Source: the human T2T-CHM13v2.0 reference genome, Homo sapiens. Taken from it: a stretch of DNA of 64,000 nt. The stretch lies in NCBI RefSeq assembly GCF_009914755.1, contig NC_060926.1, one strand, 5' to 3'. The position numbers and the translations under genes were made by a program. Position 1 is the first letter of the stretch, and every line of letters begins with the position of its first letter. Shown here piece by piece: positions 28,671 through 44,470 of this stretch. Under the pieces are notes generated by a model, which ran no database searches, was not told the origin of the DNA, and worked only from the letters and a program-made list of their open reading frames with translations.

Positions 28671-29936
28671 GCACATCTCGTGATGTGCCTGGGAAGAACA
28701 GAATACCTGGATATGTGAACACGAATGAGCTCTCCTACTTCCTGGGATTCTAGCCAGCCAGCTTCTAAGACCTACAACTGCACCATTCTATTTTGTCCCC
28801 AATCTTGATTTAGTCCCTCTAAAAATCAATTAATTTTTATTATCTGAGATCACTCATTGCCTTTGCTTTTCTCTTTGTTGATGTTACAATGAATTTTAGC
28901 TGCTTATGAGATGCTGCTATTGCTGCTGTTTATTTTCCTAACTCCTGCAGGTCACAGGAAATGCTATTAACTTTGGAAAAAGAACTTGTGGACATTGTTC
29001 AATCTAGCACTGGGACAATGGGTTGGGAGCGTTCCAAAAAATCAGAGAGAGGAAATAAATGTGTGCAAAGATTTTGTTTACCAGCTTATTCTTAAAAAGT
29101 CCAGTTGCGCCTTGGCCTGGTTTTCCACCTATTTTCCAAAAAGAACTAGCCCCCAAATTCTTTTATTATGCTGACTTGGGTGATCTTGAGAAGTGAAATT
29201 AAACCAAATAAGGATAATTTTCATGTATAAAATAGATTTATGTCCTTTAACTATTTGATAAAAAAGACTGTACTAAAGTTAAAATGTGGTGGTTTGAATA
29301 ACTTTAGGAGGATTAAGAAAACATAAAAAGATAATAGTTTAGGACTTGGATAAAGAAACCATTTATAGAATAATGAACAGAATGACGCCAACTGGTGTTG
29401 GTATGCTCTACCAGGCACACGGCATACTTCTATCAATGGTTGCTACAGAATAAAAAGCTCAGTGGTGAGAACTGGTGAGCTATTTCAACTGAAGCAGGAA
29501 ATTTTTGTGCACCAAGTGATGACAAAATGAAAATAAATCTTAAAAGACTGCCAGAGACAGTGGTGGTCCACCATCGAGAAACACTTACCTTGGTACAATA
29601 ATATGAGAGGAAAAGAAATGTATTTATTCTTAGTCATGTCCAGTTAACCTCTGATAATACCCTTTTAGCCTGACTACCAAACATTCAGTACATTGCATGG
29701 TAATATCTTCAAAAGTGTTAGGTTCCTCTCAATTCTATTCCATACCTCCTTATTTCTTAAAAAGATAGATACACTTATCTTGGTAAATCAGGTCTTTTAT
29801 ACTTCCATTCTAATTTATAGAATTTCATGATTAGAAAAATAAAGAGCCTTAAAAAATCCTTAGCCCCCTGCTTCAATCTTAATTCCTTCTATTAGTGAAG
29901 ATTTTTTGTATTTTTAAAAACTTACAATGACAACTA

Positions 29937-32900
29937 TTTTTTTAACTTTTATTTTAGATTCAGGGGTACATGTACAGGTATGTTAAGTAAATTACATGTC
30001 CTTAAAAATTTTTTTTTGAGACAGAGTCTCACTCTATTGCCAAGGCTGGAATGCAGTGGCATGATTTTGGCTCACTGCAACCTCTGCCTCCCAGGCTTTA
30101 GCAATCCTCTCATCTCAGCCTTCTGAGTAGCTGGGACTACAGGTGAGCACCACCACGCCCATCTAATTTTTGCATTTTTGTATTTTTTTTTGTAGAGACA
30201 CGGTTGCACCATGTTGCATGGTACCTAGTAGGTAGTTTTTCTATCCTCACCATCCTCCCCGCCTCCACCCTCAAGTAGGCCCTGATGTCTATTGTTCCCT
30301 TCTTTGTGCCCATGTATACTCAACGTTTAGCTCCCACTTATAAATGAGAACATGTGGTATTTGGTTTTCTATTCCTGTGTTAGTTCGCTTAGGATAATAG
30401 TCTCCAGCTCCATCCATGTTGCTGCAAAGGACATAATCTCGTTCTTTTTTATGGCTGCATGGTATTTCATGGTGCATACGTACCACATTTTTTGTCCAGT
30501 CTACAGTTGGTGGCCTTTTAGATCAATTCCATGTCTTTGATATTGTGAATGAACATATGCATGCACGTGTCTTTCTCAATAATGAACATAGGCATGCATG
30601 TGTCTTTATGATAGAACAATTTGCATTCTTTTGGGTATATACCCAATAATCTGATTGCTGAGTCAAATGGTAATTCTGTTTTAAGTTCTTTGAGAAATCG
30701 CCACACTGCTTTCCACAGTGGGTGAACTAACTTACATTTCCATGAGCAGTGTCTAAGTGTTCCCTTTTCTCTGCAACCTCGCTAGCATCTGTTATTTTTT
30801 GACCTTTTATTAATAGCCATTCTGACTGATGTGAGATGGTATCGCGTTGTTTAATTTACACTTCTCTAATGAACAGTGATGTTGAGCTTTTTTTCATATG
30901 CTTGTTGGCTGTATGTATGTCTTTTTTGGAGAAGTGTCTGAGTCCTTTGCCCACTTTTAAAAGGGGTGGTTTTTTGCTTGTAAATTTAAGTTTCTGATAG
31001 ATTCTGGGATATTAGACCTTTGTCAGATGTATATTTTCTCCCATTCTGTGGGTTATCTGTTTACTCTGTTGGTTGTCTCTTTTGCTGTGCAGAAGCTCTT
31101 TAATTTAATTAGGTCCCATTTGTCAGTTTTTTTTTTGTTGCAATTGCTTTTGTCATCTTCATCATGAAATCTTTGCCAGGGCCTATGTCTAGAATAGCAT
31201 TTCCTAAGTTTTTATAGTTTTAAATTTTCCATTTAAGTTGTTAATCCATCTTGAGTTGATTTTTGCATATTGTGAAAGGTAGAGGTCTGATTCCAATTTT
31301 CTGCATATGGGTAGCCAGTTATCCCGGCACCATTTATCGAATAGGGGGTCCTTTCCTCATTGCTAGCTTTTGTTGACTTTGTCAAAGATCAGATGGTTTT
31401 GAATGTGTGGCTTTATTTCTGGGCTCTCTATTATGTTCCATTGGTCTATGTGTTTGTTATTGTATCACCATCGTGCTGCTCGGGTTATTGTAGCCTTGTT
31501 GTATAGTTCGAAGTTGGATAACGTGATGCCTCTGACTTCGTTCTTTTTGCTTAGGACTGTTTTAGCCGTTCGGGCTCTTTTTTGTTTCCATATGAATTTT
31601 AGAACTTTTTTTTTCTAATTCTGTGATGAATGTCATTGGTAGTTTCATAGAAATAGTATTGAATCTGTAAATTGCTTTGGGAAGTATGGCAATTTTAACC
31701 ATATTATTTTTTTCTATTCCTGAGTCTGAAATGTTTTTCCATTTGTTTGGGTCATCTCTGATTTCTTTCAGCAGTTTTGCAATTTTCATTACAGAGATCT
31801 TTCACTTCCCTGATTAGTTGTATTCCTAGCTATTTTATTCTTTTAGTAGCAATTGTGAAGTGAATTGCATTCCTGATTTGGCTTCCGGCTTCAATATTGT
31901 TGGTGTAGGGAATGCTACTGATTTTTATATGTTGATTTTGTATCCTGAAACTTTGCTGAAGTTGTTTATCAGCTCAAGGAGCTTTTGGGTAGAGACTGTG
32001 ACGTTTTCTAGCTAAAGAATCATGTTGTCTGCAAACAATCATGTTGTCTGCAAACAAGGATAGTCTGACTTCCTCTCTTCCTATTTGGATGCCTTTTATT
32101 TCTTTCTCTTTCTTAATTGTTCTGTCCAGAACTTCCAATATTACATTGCATATGAGGGGTGAGAGAGGGCATCTTTGTCTTGTGCAGGTTTTAAAGGGGA
32201 TTGCCCATTCAATATAATTTTGGTTTTAAGTTTTTCATTGTTGGCTCTTATTATTTTGAATTATGTTCATTCTGTACCTAGTTTATTGAAGGTTTTAAAC
32301 ATGAAAGGATATTGTATTTTATCAAAAACCTTTTCTGCATCTATTAAGATAATCTTGCGGTTTTTGTCTTTAGTTTTGTTTATGTGATGAATCATATTTG
32401 TTGATTTGCATATGTTGAAACAACCTTGCATTCCAGGAATAAAGCCTACTTGATTGTGGTGGATTAAGTTTTTGATGTGCTGCTGGATTCAGTTTGTTGG
32501 TATTTTGTTGCGGATTTTTCCATCTGTGTTCATCAAGGATATTGCCTGAAGTTTTCTGCTTTTATTGTGTCTCTGACAGGTTTTGGTATCGAAATGATGC
32601 TGGCCTCACAGAATGACTTTGGGAGGAGTCCCTCCCCTTCAAATTTGTGAAATAGTTTAAGAGGGAATGGTACTAGCTCTTCTTTATAAATATGGTAGAA
32701 TTTGGCTATGAGTCTATCTGGTCCTGGACTTTTTCTGGTTGGTAGGGTTTTTATTACCAATTGAAATTTGGAGCTCATTATTGGACTGTTCAGGGTTTTG
32801 ACTTCTTTCTGATTCAATCTTAGGAGTTGTATATTTTCAGGAATTCATTTTTTTCCAAGTTTTCTAGTTTGTGTGTATACAGGTGTTCACAGCAGTCTCG

Positions 32901-33994
32901 AGGGTTTTTTTCTATTTCTGTGGGACTGGTGGTAATGTCCCCATTGTAATTTCTAATTATGCTTATTTTGATCTTCTCTTTTTTGTTTATTAGTCTAGTT
33001 AGCAGTCTATCAATCTTATTTATTCTTTCAGAGAACCAACTCTTGAATTCATCATTTTGTATCATTTTCATGTTTCAGTATCATTCAGTTCAGCTGTGAT
33101 TTTGGTTATTTCTTGTCTTTTGCTAACTTTAGGGTTAATTTGCTCTTGTTTTGCTAGTTCCTCTAGATTTGTTAGGTTAATCTGAGATCTCTCTGAGTTT
33201 TTGAGGTGTGTGTTTAGTGCTATAAACTTTCCTCTTAACATGGCTTTAGCCGTGTCCCAGAGATTCTGGTATGCTATATCTTTGTTCTCATTCATTTCAA
33301 ATAATATATTGATTTCTACATTAATTTCGTTGTTTCCCCAAAAGTCATTTCAAGCGTAAATTCAGCTTGTTTAATTTCCATGTAATTGAATGGTTTTGAG
33401 TGATGTCACTACTATTGAGTTTTATTCTTATTGCTCTGTTCCAAGAGTGTGTGGTATGAATTTGGATTTTTTTTTGAATTTTCTGAGAATTGTTTTATGG
33501 CTGATTGTGTGGTCAGTTTTAGAGTGTGTGCCATGTGTGTGAAGATGAGAATGCATATTCTTTTTTTGTTGAGTGAAGATTTCAGTAGATGTCTAATAGG
33601 TGCATTTGGTCAAGTGTTGAGTACAGGTCCCTAATATCTTTGTAAGTTTTCTGCCTCAATGTTCTGTCTAATACTATCAGTGGGGGTGTTGACGTCCCCA
33701 ACTATTATTGTGTAACAGTTATCTAAGTCTCTTTGTAGGTCTCTAAGAAGTTGTTTTATGAACCTGGGTGCTCTTGTGTTGAGTACATATATATTTAGGA
33801 TAGTTCAGTCTTCTTGTTGAATTGAACCCTTTACCATTACATAATGGTCTTCTTTGCCTTTTTTTTTTAAATCATGGTTAGTTTAAAATCTGTTTTGTCT
33901 GCAAACAGAATGGCAACCTCTGCTACTTTTTTTTTTTCTTTTTCTGTTTGCTCGGTAGATTTTTCTCCATCCCTTTATTTTGAGCTTATGGGTG
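29937..33994 (-). mobile_element. ~4 kb L1PB/L1PA15-16-like element (ORF2 from the EN domain to the 3' end), inactivated
   Basis: Several ORF2 fragments in the track ([23 protein letters not shown]); L1PB-type 3'UTR. Confidence 0.92.
30009..30217 (-). mobile_element. 5'-truncated AluJ-like SINE inside the L1 3'UTR
   Basis: Antisense right arm, linker and part of left arm; no TSD visible. Confidence 0.88.
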
Positions 33995-35809
33995 ACTAAT
34001 ATATATTGATAGGAGTTTTCTATACTAGTGAGTTGCACTGTGAAGCTGGTGCCTATAAACCTTATAAATATTATGGAATAGTTTTTTCAAAAAACAAAAT
34101 TCTTACCATCACTTTGCTTTGCTATTGCTAATAGCTACTCATCCCCATTATCTTCTCTCTGAGGAAGTGAGTTCACTGAGACAATTAATTACATTATGAT
34201 ACTTTCTAATGACTAGAATTTTTTTTTTCTTTTTTCTTCATTATACTTTAAGTTCTAGGGTACATGTGCACAATGTGCAGGTTAGTTACATATGTATACA
34301 TGTGTCATGTTAGTGTGATGCACCCATTAACTCATCATTTACATTAGGTATATCTCCTAATGCTATCCCTCCCCCTCCCCCCACCCCATGACACGCCCCG
34401 GTGTGTGATGTTCCCCTTCCTGTGTCCAAGTGTTCTCATTGTTCAATTCCCACCTATGAGTGAGAACATGAGGTGTTTGTTTTTTGTCCTTGTGATAGTT
34501 TGCTGAGAATGATGGTTTCCAGCTTCATCCATGTCCCTACAAAGGACATGAACACATCCTTTTTTATGGCTGCATAGTATTCCATGGTGTATATGTGCCA
34601 CATTTTCTTGATCCAGTCTATCATTGATGGACATTTGGGTTGGTTCCAAGTCTTTGCTATTGTGAATAGTGCCACAGTAAACATATGTGTGCATGTGTCT
34701 TTATAGCAGCATGATTTATAATCCTTTGGGTATATACCCAGTGATGGGATGGCTGAGTCAAATGGTATTTCTAGTTCTAGATCCTTGAGGAATCACCACA
34801 CTGTCTTCCACAATGGTTGAACTAGTTTACAGTCCCACCAACAGTGTAAAAGTGTTGCTATTTCTCCACATCCTCTCCAGCACCTGTTGTTTCCTGACTT
34901 TTTAATGATTGCCATTCTAACTGGTGTGAGACGATATCTCACTGTGGTTTTGATTTGCTTTTCTCTGATGGCCAGTAATGATGAGCATTTTTTCATGTGT
35001 CTGTTGGCTGCATAAATGTCTTCTTTTGAGAAGTGTCTGTTCATATCCTTCACCCACTTTTTGATGGGGTTGTTTGTTTTTTTGTTGTAAATTTGTTTGA
35101 GTTCGTTGTAGATTCTGGATATTAGCCCTTTGTCAGATGAGTAGATTGCAAAAATTTTGTCCCATTTTGTAGGCTGCCTGTTCACTCTGATGGTAGTGTC
35201 TTCTGTGCAGAAGCTCTTTAGTTTAATTAGATCCCATTTGTCAATTTTGGCTTTTGTTGCCATTGCTTTTGGTGTTTTAGACATGAAGTCCTTGCCCATG
35301 CCTATGTCCTGAATGGTATTGCCTAGGTTTTCTTCTAGGGTTTTTATGGTTTTAGGTCTAACATGTAAGTCTTTAATCCACCTTGAATTAATTTTTGTAC
35401 AAGGTGTAAGGAAGGGATCCAGTTTCAGCTTTCTACATATGGCTAGGCAGTTTTCCCAGCACCATTTATTAAATTGGGAATCCTTTCCCCATTTCTTGTT
35501 TTTGTCAGGTTTGTCAAAGATCAGATAGTTGTAGATGTGTGGTATTATTTCTGAGGGCTCTGTTCTGTTCCATTGGTCTATATCTCTGCATCGGTACCAG
35601 TACCATGCTGTTTTGGTTACTGTAGCCTTGTAGTATAGTTTGAAGTCAGGTAGCATGATGCCACCAGCTTTGTTCTTTTGGCTTAGGATTAACTTGGTGA
35701 TGCGGGCTCTTTTTTGGTTCTATATGAACTTTAAAATAGTTTTTTTCCAATTCTGTGAAGAAAGTCATTGGTAGCTTGATGGGGATGGCACAAATCTATA
35801 AATTACCTA

Positions 35810-35998
<189 letters not shown>

Positions 35999-36001
35999 TT
36001 A

Positions 36002-36867
<866 letters not shown>

Positions 36868-36870
36868 TTA

Positions 36871-37152
<282 letters not shown>

Positions 37153-39487
37153 CTATCAATTTTGTTGATCTTTTCAAAAAACCAGCTCCTGGATTCAGTG
37201 ATTTTTTGAAGCATTTTTTGGTGTCTCTATCTCTTTCAGTTCTGCTCTGATCTTAGTCATTCCTTGCCTTCTGCTAGCTTTTGAATGTGTTTGCTTTTGC
37301 TTCACTAGTTCTTTTAATTGTGATGTTAGGGTGTCAATTTTAGATCTTTCCTGCTTTCTCTTGTGGGCATTTAGTGCTATAAATTTCCCTCTACACACTG
37401 CTTTAAATGTGTTCCAGAGATTCTGGTGTGTTGTGTCTTTGTTCTCATTTGTTTCAAATTACATCTTTATTTCTGCTTTCATTTCATTATGTACTCCATA
37501 GTCATTCAGGAGCAGGTTGTTCAGTTTCCATGTAGTTGAGCGGTTTTGAGTGAGTTTCTTAATCTTGAATTCTAGTTTGATTGCACTGTGGTCTGAGAGA
37601 CAGTTTGTTATAATTTCTTTTCTTTTACACTTGCTGAGTAGTGCTTTACTTCCAACTATGTGGTCAATTTTGGAATAAGTCCGATGTGGTTCTGAGAAGA
37701 ATGTATATTCTGTTGATTTGGGGTGGAGAGTTCTGTAGATGTCTATTAGGTCCGCTTGGTGCAGAGCTGAGTTCAATTCCTAGATATCCTTGTTAACTTT
37801 CTGTTTCGTTGATCTGTCTAATGTTGACAGTGGGGTGTTAAAGTCTCCCATTATGATTGTGTGGGAGTCTAAGTCTCTTTGTAGGTCTCTAAGGACTTGC
37901 TTTATGAATCTGGGTGCAACTGTATTGGGTGCATATATATTTAGGATAGTTATCTCTTCTTGTTGAATTGATCCCTTTACCATTATGTAATGGCCTTCTT
38001 TGTCTCTTTTGATCTTTGTTGGTTTAAAGCCTGTTTTATCAGAGACTAGGATTGCAACCCCTGCCTTTTTTTGTTTTCCATTTGCTTGGTAGATCTTCAC
38101 CCATCCCTTTATTTTGAGCCTATGTGTGTCTCTGCACGTGAGATGGGTCTCCTGAATTCAGCCCACTGATGGGTCTTGAATCTTTATCCAATTTGCCAGT
38201 CTGTGTGTTTTAATTGGAACATTTAGCCCATTTACATTTAAGGTTAATATTTTTATGTGTGAATTTGATTCATTATGATGTTAGCTGGTTATTTTGCTTG
38301 TTAGTTGATGCAGTTTCTTCCTAGCATCGATGGTCTTTACAATTTGGCATGTTTTTGCAGTGGCTGGTACCGGTTGTTCCTTTCCATGTTTAGTGCTTCC
38401 TTCAGTAGCTCTTGTAGGGCAGGCCTGGTGGTGACAAAATCTCTCAGCATTTGCTTGTCTGTAAAGGATTTTATTTCTCCTTCACTTATGAAGCTTACTT
38501 TGGCTAGATATGAAATTCTAGGTTGAAAATTCTTTCTTTAAGCATGTTGAATATCGGCCCCCACTCTTCTGGCTTGTGGAGTTTCTGCCGAGAGATCAGC
38601 TGTTAGTCTGATGGGCTTCCCTTTGTGGGTAATGCGACCTTTCTCTCTGGCTGCCCTTAACATTTTTTCCTTCATTTCAACTTTGGTGAATCTGAGAATT
38701 ATGTGTCTTGGAGTTGCTCTTCTTGAGGAGTATCTCTGTGGCGTTCTCTGTATTTCCTGAATGTGAATGTTGGCCTGCCTTGCTAGGTTGGGGAAGTTCT
38801 CCTGGATAATATCCTGCAGATTGTTTTCTAACTTGGTTCCATTTTCCCCGTCACTTTCAGGTACACCAATCAGATGTAGATTTGGTCTTTTCACATAGTC
38901 CCATATTTCTTGGAGGATTTATTCATTTCTTTTTACTCTTTTTTCTCTAAACTTCTCTTCTCGCTTTGTTTCGTTCATTTGATCTTCCATCACTGATGCT
39001 CTTTCTTCCACTTGATCGAATTGGCTACTGAAGCTTGTGCATTTGTCACATAGTTCTCGTGTCTGGTTTTCAGCTCCATAAGGTCATTTAAGGGCTTCTC
39101 TACACTGGTTATTCTAGTTAGCCATTCATCTAATCTTTTTTCAATTTTTAGCTTCTTTGAGATGGGTTCGAACTTCTTTCTTTAGCTCAGAGAAGTTTGA
39201 TCATCTGAAGCCTTCTTCTCTCAACTCATCAAAGTCATTCTCCATCCAGCTTTGCTCTGTTTTTGGTGTTCTGTTGTTGGTGAGGAGCTGTGTTCCTTTG
39301 GAGGGAGAATGGCGTTCTGATTTTTAGAATTTTCAGCTTTTCTGTTCCATTTTGTCCCCATCTTTGTGGTTTTATCTACCTTTGTTCTTTGATGATGGTG
39401 ATGTACAGATGGGGTTTTGGTGTGGTTGTCCTTTCTGTTTGTTAGTTTTCCTACTAACATCAGGACCCTCAGCTGCAGGTCTGTTGG

Positions 39488-40386
39488 AGTTTGCTGGAGG
39501 TCCACTCCAGACCCTGTTTGCCTGGGTATCAGCAGCAGAGGCTGCAGTACAGCGAATATTGCTGAACAACAAATGTTGCTGCTTGATGGTTCCTCTGGAA
39601 GCTTCATCTCAGAGGGGTACCCGGCCATGTGAGGTGTCAGTCTTCCCCTACTGGAGGGTGCCTCCCAGTTAGGCTACTCAGGGGTCAGGGACCCATTTGA
39701 GGAGGTAGTCTGTCCGTTCTCAGATCTCAAACTCCGTGCTGTGAGAACCACTACTCTCTTCAAAGCTGTCAGACAGGGACATTTAAGTCTGCAGAGGTTT
39801 CTGCTGCCTTTTGTTCAGCTATGCCCTGCCCCCAGAGGTGGAGTCTACAGAGGCAGGCAGGCCTCCTTGAGCTGCAGTGGTGTCCACCCAGTTCGACTTT
39901 TTTGGCCGCTTTGTTTACCCACTCAAGCCTCGGCAATGGTGGGCGCCCCTCCCCCAGCCTCGCTGCCGCCTTGCAGTTGAATCTCAGACTGCTGTGCTAG
40001 CAATGAGTGAGGCTCTGTGGGCGTGGGACCCTCCGAGCTAGGCATGGGATATAATCTCCTGGTGTGCCTTTTACTGAGACCATTGGAAAAGCGCAGTATT
40101 AGGGTGGGAGTGACCTGATTTTTCAGGTGCCGTCGTCAATGCTTCCCTTGGCTGGGAAAGGGAATTCCCTGACCCCTTGGACTTCCCGGGTGAGGCGATG
40201 CCTCACCCTGCTTAGGCTCACACTTGGTGGGCTGCACCCACTGTCCTGCCCCCACTGTCTGACAAGTCCCAGTGAGATGAACCCGGTACCTCAGTTGGAA
40301 ATGTAGAAATCACCCATCTTCTGCATTTCTCACGCTGGGAGCTGTGGACTGGAGCTGTTCCTATTTGGCCATCTTGGAACTGCCCC
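39488..40386. promoter_or_regulatory. L1 5'UTR: sense (-) internal promoter, antisense (+) promoter, and the ~129-bp segment lost in L1PA2/L1HS
   Basis: GC-rich 5'UTR with CAAGATGGCC YY1 motif (40366-40375, -); segment ~39488-39617 is present. Confidence 0.75.
39936..39980 (+). pseudogene. L1 antisense ORF0 homologue, stopped after 14 codons
   Basis: MVGAPPPASLPPCS* matches the N-terminus of L1 ORF0 (MAGAPPPASLPPCSLISD..); in-frame TGA at 39978 and again at 40008. Confidence 0.85.
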
Positions 40387-40988
40387 TGACTAGAAATTTA
40401 GAAATGACATTTTAACCAATGTTAAATAGCTTCTTTTAAGAAAATCTGAAAGACAAAAATTATAATATGTTTCAATTCAATTACTATTGGCATACTAGAT
40501 TCCGGTCAAATTTGATGAATTTCAAAAGCTGCAGATTTTCAAGCATAAATTCAGGATGTAATTATATATTTTTACAACTCATAATTCAAGAAACCCCATG
40601 AATAGAGCCACCTTTTTGTTACTAGCCAGTTAATGGAAGAAGACAGCTTCAGAAACAACTATGTCAATTTAGATTAAAAATTTCTCAGAACGTCTCCTCA
40701 AAGTTGAGTCATGTAACCACACCTATAAAATCAACATGTCTTTTTCAGTTTCAGGATGGCTTTATACTTTTAAACATTAATGAGGATGCCAAAGAGCTTT
40801 TGCTTATGTACCTCTTTCACTGTTTACTGTATTTGAAATGGAAACTGAGAAGTTAAAAATTATTATTTTATTTAAATAACATGGTAAGCTAATTACATGT
40901 TAATATTAAGTAAACAAATTATTTTCCAAATAAAATAAATTAGGGAGAAGAGGGAAATTGATTTACTGTTTGCAAATTTCTAATGTCT

Positions 40989-43900
40989 CTTTTTTTTTTT
41001 TTTACTTTTTTCCCCCAACTTTTATTTTAAGATTGGGGGTAATGTGTAGGATGTCCAGGTTTGTTACATAGGTAAACATGTGCCATGGTGTTTAGTGAAC
41101 ACATCATTCCATCATCCAGCTATTAAGTCTAGCATCCATTAGTGATTCTTCCTAATGTTCTCCCTTCCCCTACCCACCCCTACAAGTACCCAGTATGTGC
41201 TGTTCCCTGCCCATGTGTCCATGTGTTCTCATCAATCAGTTCCTACTCATAAGTGAGAACATATGGTGTTTGGTTTTCTGTTCCTGCATTGGTTGGCTGA
41301 GGATAGACAACTCCATCCATGTCCCTGCAAAGGGCATGATCTCATTCCTTTTTATGGCTGCATAGTATTCCATGGTGTATATATACCATTTTTCTTTATC
41401 CAGTCTACTACTGATGGGAATTTAAGTTGATTCTGTGACTTTGCAATTGTAATTAGTGCTGCAATGAGCATACACATATTTTTATAATAGAATTATTAAT
41501 ATTCCTTTGGGTATATACCTAGTAATGGGATTGCTGGGTCAAATGGTATTTCTGCCTCTAGGTTCCTTTGAGAAATTGCCATACTCTTCCACAATGGTTG
41601 AACTAATTTATACTCCCACAAACAGTGTAAAAGTGTTCCTTTTTCTCCACAACCTCACCAGCATCTGTTGTTTTTTGACATTTTAATAGTAGCCATTCTG
41701 ACTGGAGTGAGAAGATATCTCATCACGGTTTTGATTTGCATTTCTCTAATGGTCAGTGATGTTGAGCTTCTTTCATACATTCATTGGCTGCATGTATGTC
41801 TTCATTTGAGAAGTGTCTGTTCATGTCCTTTGCCCATGTTTTAATGAAGCTGTTTTTTTTCTTGTAAATTTGATTAAGTTCCTTGTAGATTAAGGTTATT
41901 AAACCTTTGTCAGGTTGCAAAAATTTTCTCCCATTCTGTAGGTGGTCTGTTCACTCTGGTGATTGTTTTCTTTGCTGTGCAGAAGCTCTTTAGTTTAATT
42001 AGATCCCATTTGTCCACTATTGCTTTTATTGCAATAGCTTTTGATGTTTTCATCCTGAAATCTTTGCCCATGCCTATATACTGAATGGTACTGCCTAGAT
42101 TTTCGTTTAGGGTTTTTATGGTTTTGGGATTTACCTTTAAGTCTTTAATCCATCTTAATTTTTGTGTATGATGTAAGGAAAGGGTTCCGTTCCAATTATC
42201 TGCATGTGGCTGGCCAGTTCTCCCAGCATCATTTATTAAATGGGAAATCCTTCTGCCATTATTTGCTTTTGTGAGGCTTGCCAAAGATCAGATGGCTATA
42301 GGTGTCCAGTCTTATTTCTGAGTTCTCTATTCTGTTGCATTGGTTTATATGCCTGTTGTTGTACCAGTACCATGCTGTTTTGGTTACTGCAGCCCTGCAG
42401 TATAGTTTGAAGTCAGGTAGTGTGATGCTTCCAGCTTTGTTCTTTTTGCTGAGGATTGACTTGGCTATCTGGGCTCTTTTTTGGTTCTGTATGAATTTTA
42501 AAATAGATTTTTTTATAATTCTGTGAAGAATGTCAGTGGTACTTTAATGGGAATAACATGGTACCTATAAATTATGCTAGTGATTTTTGCACATTGATTT
42601 TATATCCTGAGATTTTGCTGAAGTTACTTATCAGCTTAAGAAGTTTTTGGGCTGAGATGATGGGGTTTCCTAGATATAGGATCATGTCACCTGCAAACAA
42701 AGACAATTTGACTTCTTCTCTTCCAATTTGAATACCCTTTATTCCTTCCCCTGGCCAGGACTTCCAATACTATGTTGAATAGGAGTGGTGAGAGAGGGCA
42801 TCCTTGTTTTGTGCCAGTTTTCAAGGGGAATGCTTCCAGCTTTTGCCCATTCAGTATGATAGTGGCTGTGGGTTGGTCATATATGGCTCTTATGATTTTG
42901 AGGTATGTTCCTTCAATACCTAGTTTTTGAGTGTTTTTAACACCAAGGGACATTGAATTTTATGGAAGGTCTTTTCTGTGTCTATTGAGATAATCATGTG
43001 GTTTTTGGTCTTTAATTCTGTTTATGTGATGAATCACATTTATTGATTTGCATATGAATCACATTTATTGATTTGTAAGTTTGCAACCTTGCAATCCCGG
43101 GGATGAAGCCAACTTGATCATGGTGGGTAAGCTTTGTGGTATGCTGCTGAGTTCAGTTTGCCAGTATTTTATTAAGGATTTTTACATTGAAGTTCATCAA
43201 GGATATTGGCCTGGAGTGTTATTTTTTTGGTGTATCTCTGCCAGGTTTTGGTATCAGGATGATGTTGGCCTCATAGAATGAATTAGGGAGGAGTCCCTCC
43301 TTTTTAATATTTTGGAAATGGGTTCAGTAGAAATGGTACCAGCTCCTCTTTGTACCTCTGGTAGAATTAAGCTGTAAATCCATCTGGTCTTGGGATTTGT
43401 TTTTTTTTTTTTTTGGTTGGTAGGCTATTGGTATTACTCCCTCAATTTCAGAACACATTATTGGTCGATTCAGAGATTCAATTTCCTACTGTTTCAGTCT
43501 TGAAAGGGTGTATTTGTCCAGGAAATTATCCATTTCTTCTAGATTTTCTAGTTTATGTGCATAGAAGTGTTTATAGTATTCTCTGATGCTTGTTTGTATT
43601 TCTGTGGGGTCAGTGGTGATATCCCTGTTATCATTTCCGATTGTGTTTAATTCTTCTATCTTCTTTATTAGTCTTGCTTATGGTCTATTTTATTATTATT
43701 TTTAATAAATCAGATCCCAGATTCATTGATTTTTTTTGAAGGGTTCCTCATGTTTCTATCTCCTTCAGTTCGGCTCTGATCTTGGTTATTTCTTATCTTC
43801 TGCTAGCTTTGGGGTTTGTTTGCTCTTGGTTCTCTAGTTCTTTTGGTTGGGATGTTAGGTTATTAACTTGAGATCTTTCTAGCTTTTTGATGTGGGCATT

Positions 43901-44470
43901 TAGTGCCCTCTTAACACTGTTTTAGCTGCATCCTAGAGATTTGGGTATGTTTTCTCTTTGTTCTCATTAGTTTCAGAGAACTTCTTGATTTCTGCCTTAA
44001 TTTCATTATTTACCCAAGAGTCATTCAGGAGCAGGTTCTTCAGTTTCCGTGTAGTTGTGTGGTTTTGAGTGGATTTCTTAATCTTGAGTTCTAATTTTAT
44101 TGCACTGTGGTCTGAGAAACTGTTTGTTATTATTTTAGTTCTTTTGCATTTGCTGAGGAGTGTCTTCCTATTATGTAGTCAATTTTAGAGTAAGTATTGT
44201 GTGGCAATGAGAAGAATGTATATTCTGTTGGTTTTGGCTGGAGAGTTCTATACATATCTATCAGGTCCAGTTGATTCAGAGCTGAGTTCAGGTCCTGAAT
44301 ATCTTTGTTAAGTTTCTGTCTCAGTGATCCAAGTTGCTTGCCTATTTAGTTCCAATGTGAGAACCTGGATATCTCAGTTGAAGGTGTTGAATTCACTTGC
44401 CTGTTTTTGTTCCCTCTCTGTGAGTGCAGTGAACTGCAGCTGCTTCCAATTGGCCATCTTGCCCCTCGTC
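40989..44470 (-). mobile_element. L1PA10-13-like element with both termini, TSD and two internal deletions
   Basis: 3'UTR and T-tail at 40989; ORF2 to 44329; then ~140 nt of extreme 5'UTR containing GGCCATCTTG; TSD TTTCTAA(T/C)GTCT at 40977 and 44471. Confidence 0.9.

Noticed and set aside
28909-29094. Signal-peptide-like MLLLLLFIFLTPAG and an open frame SQEMLLTLEKELVDIV after a CAG acceptor
   Set aside because: The first frame stops after 19 codons and arises from (TGC)n-like sequence; the second has no good donor and no homology I recognise.
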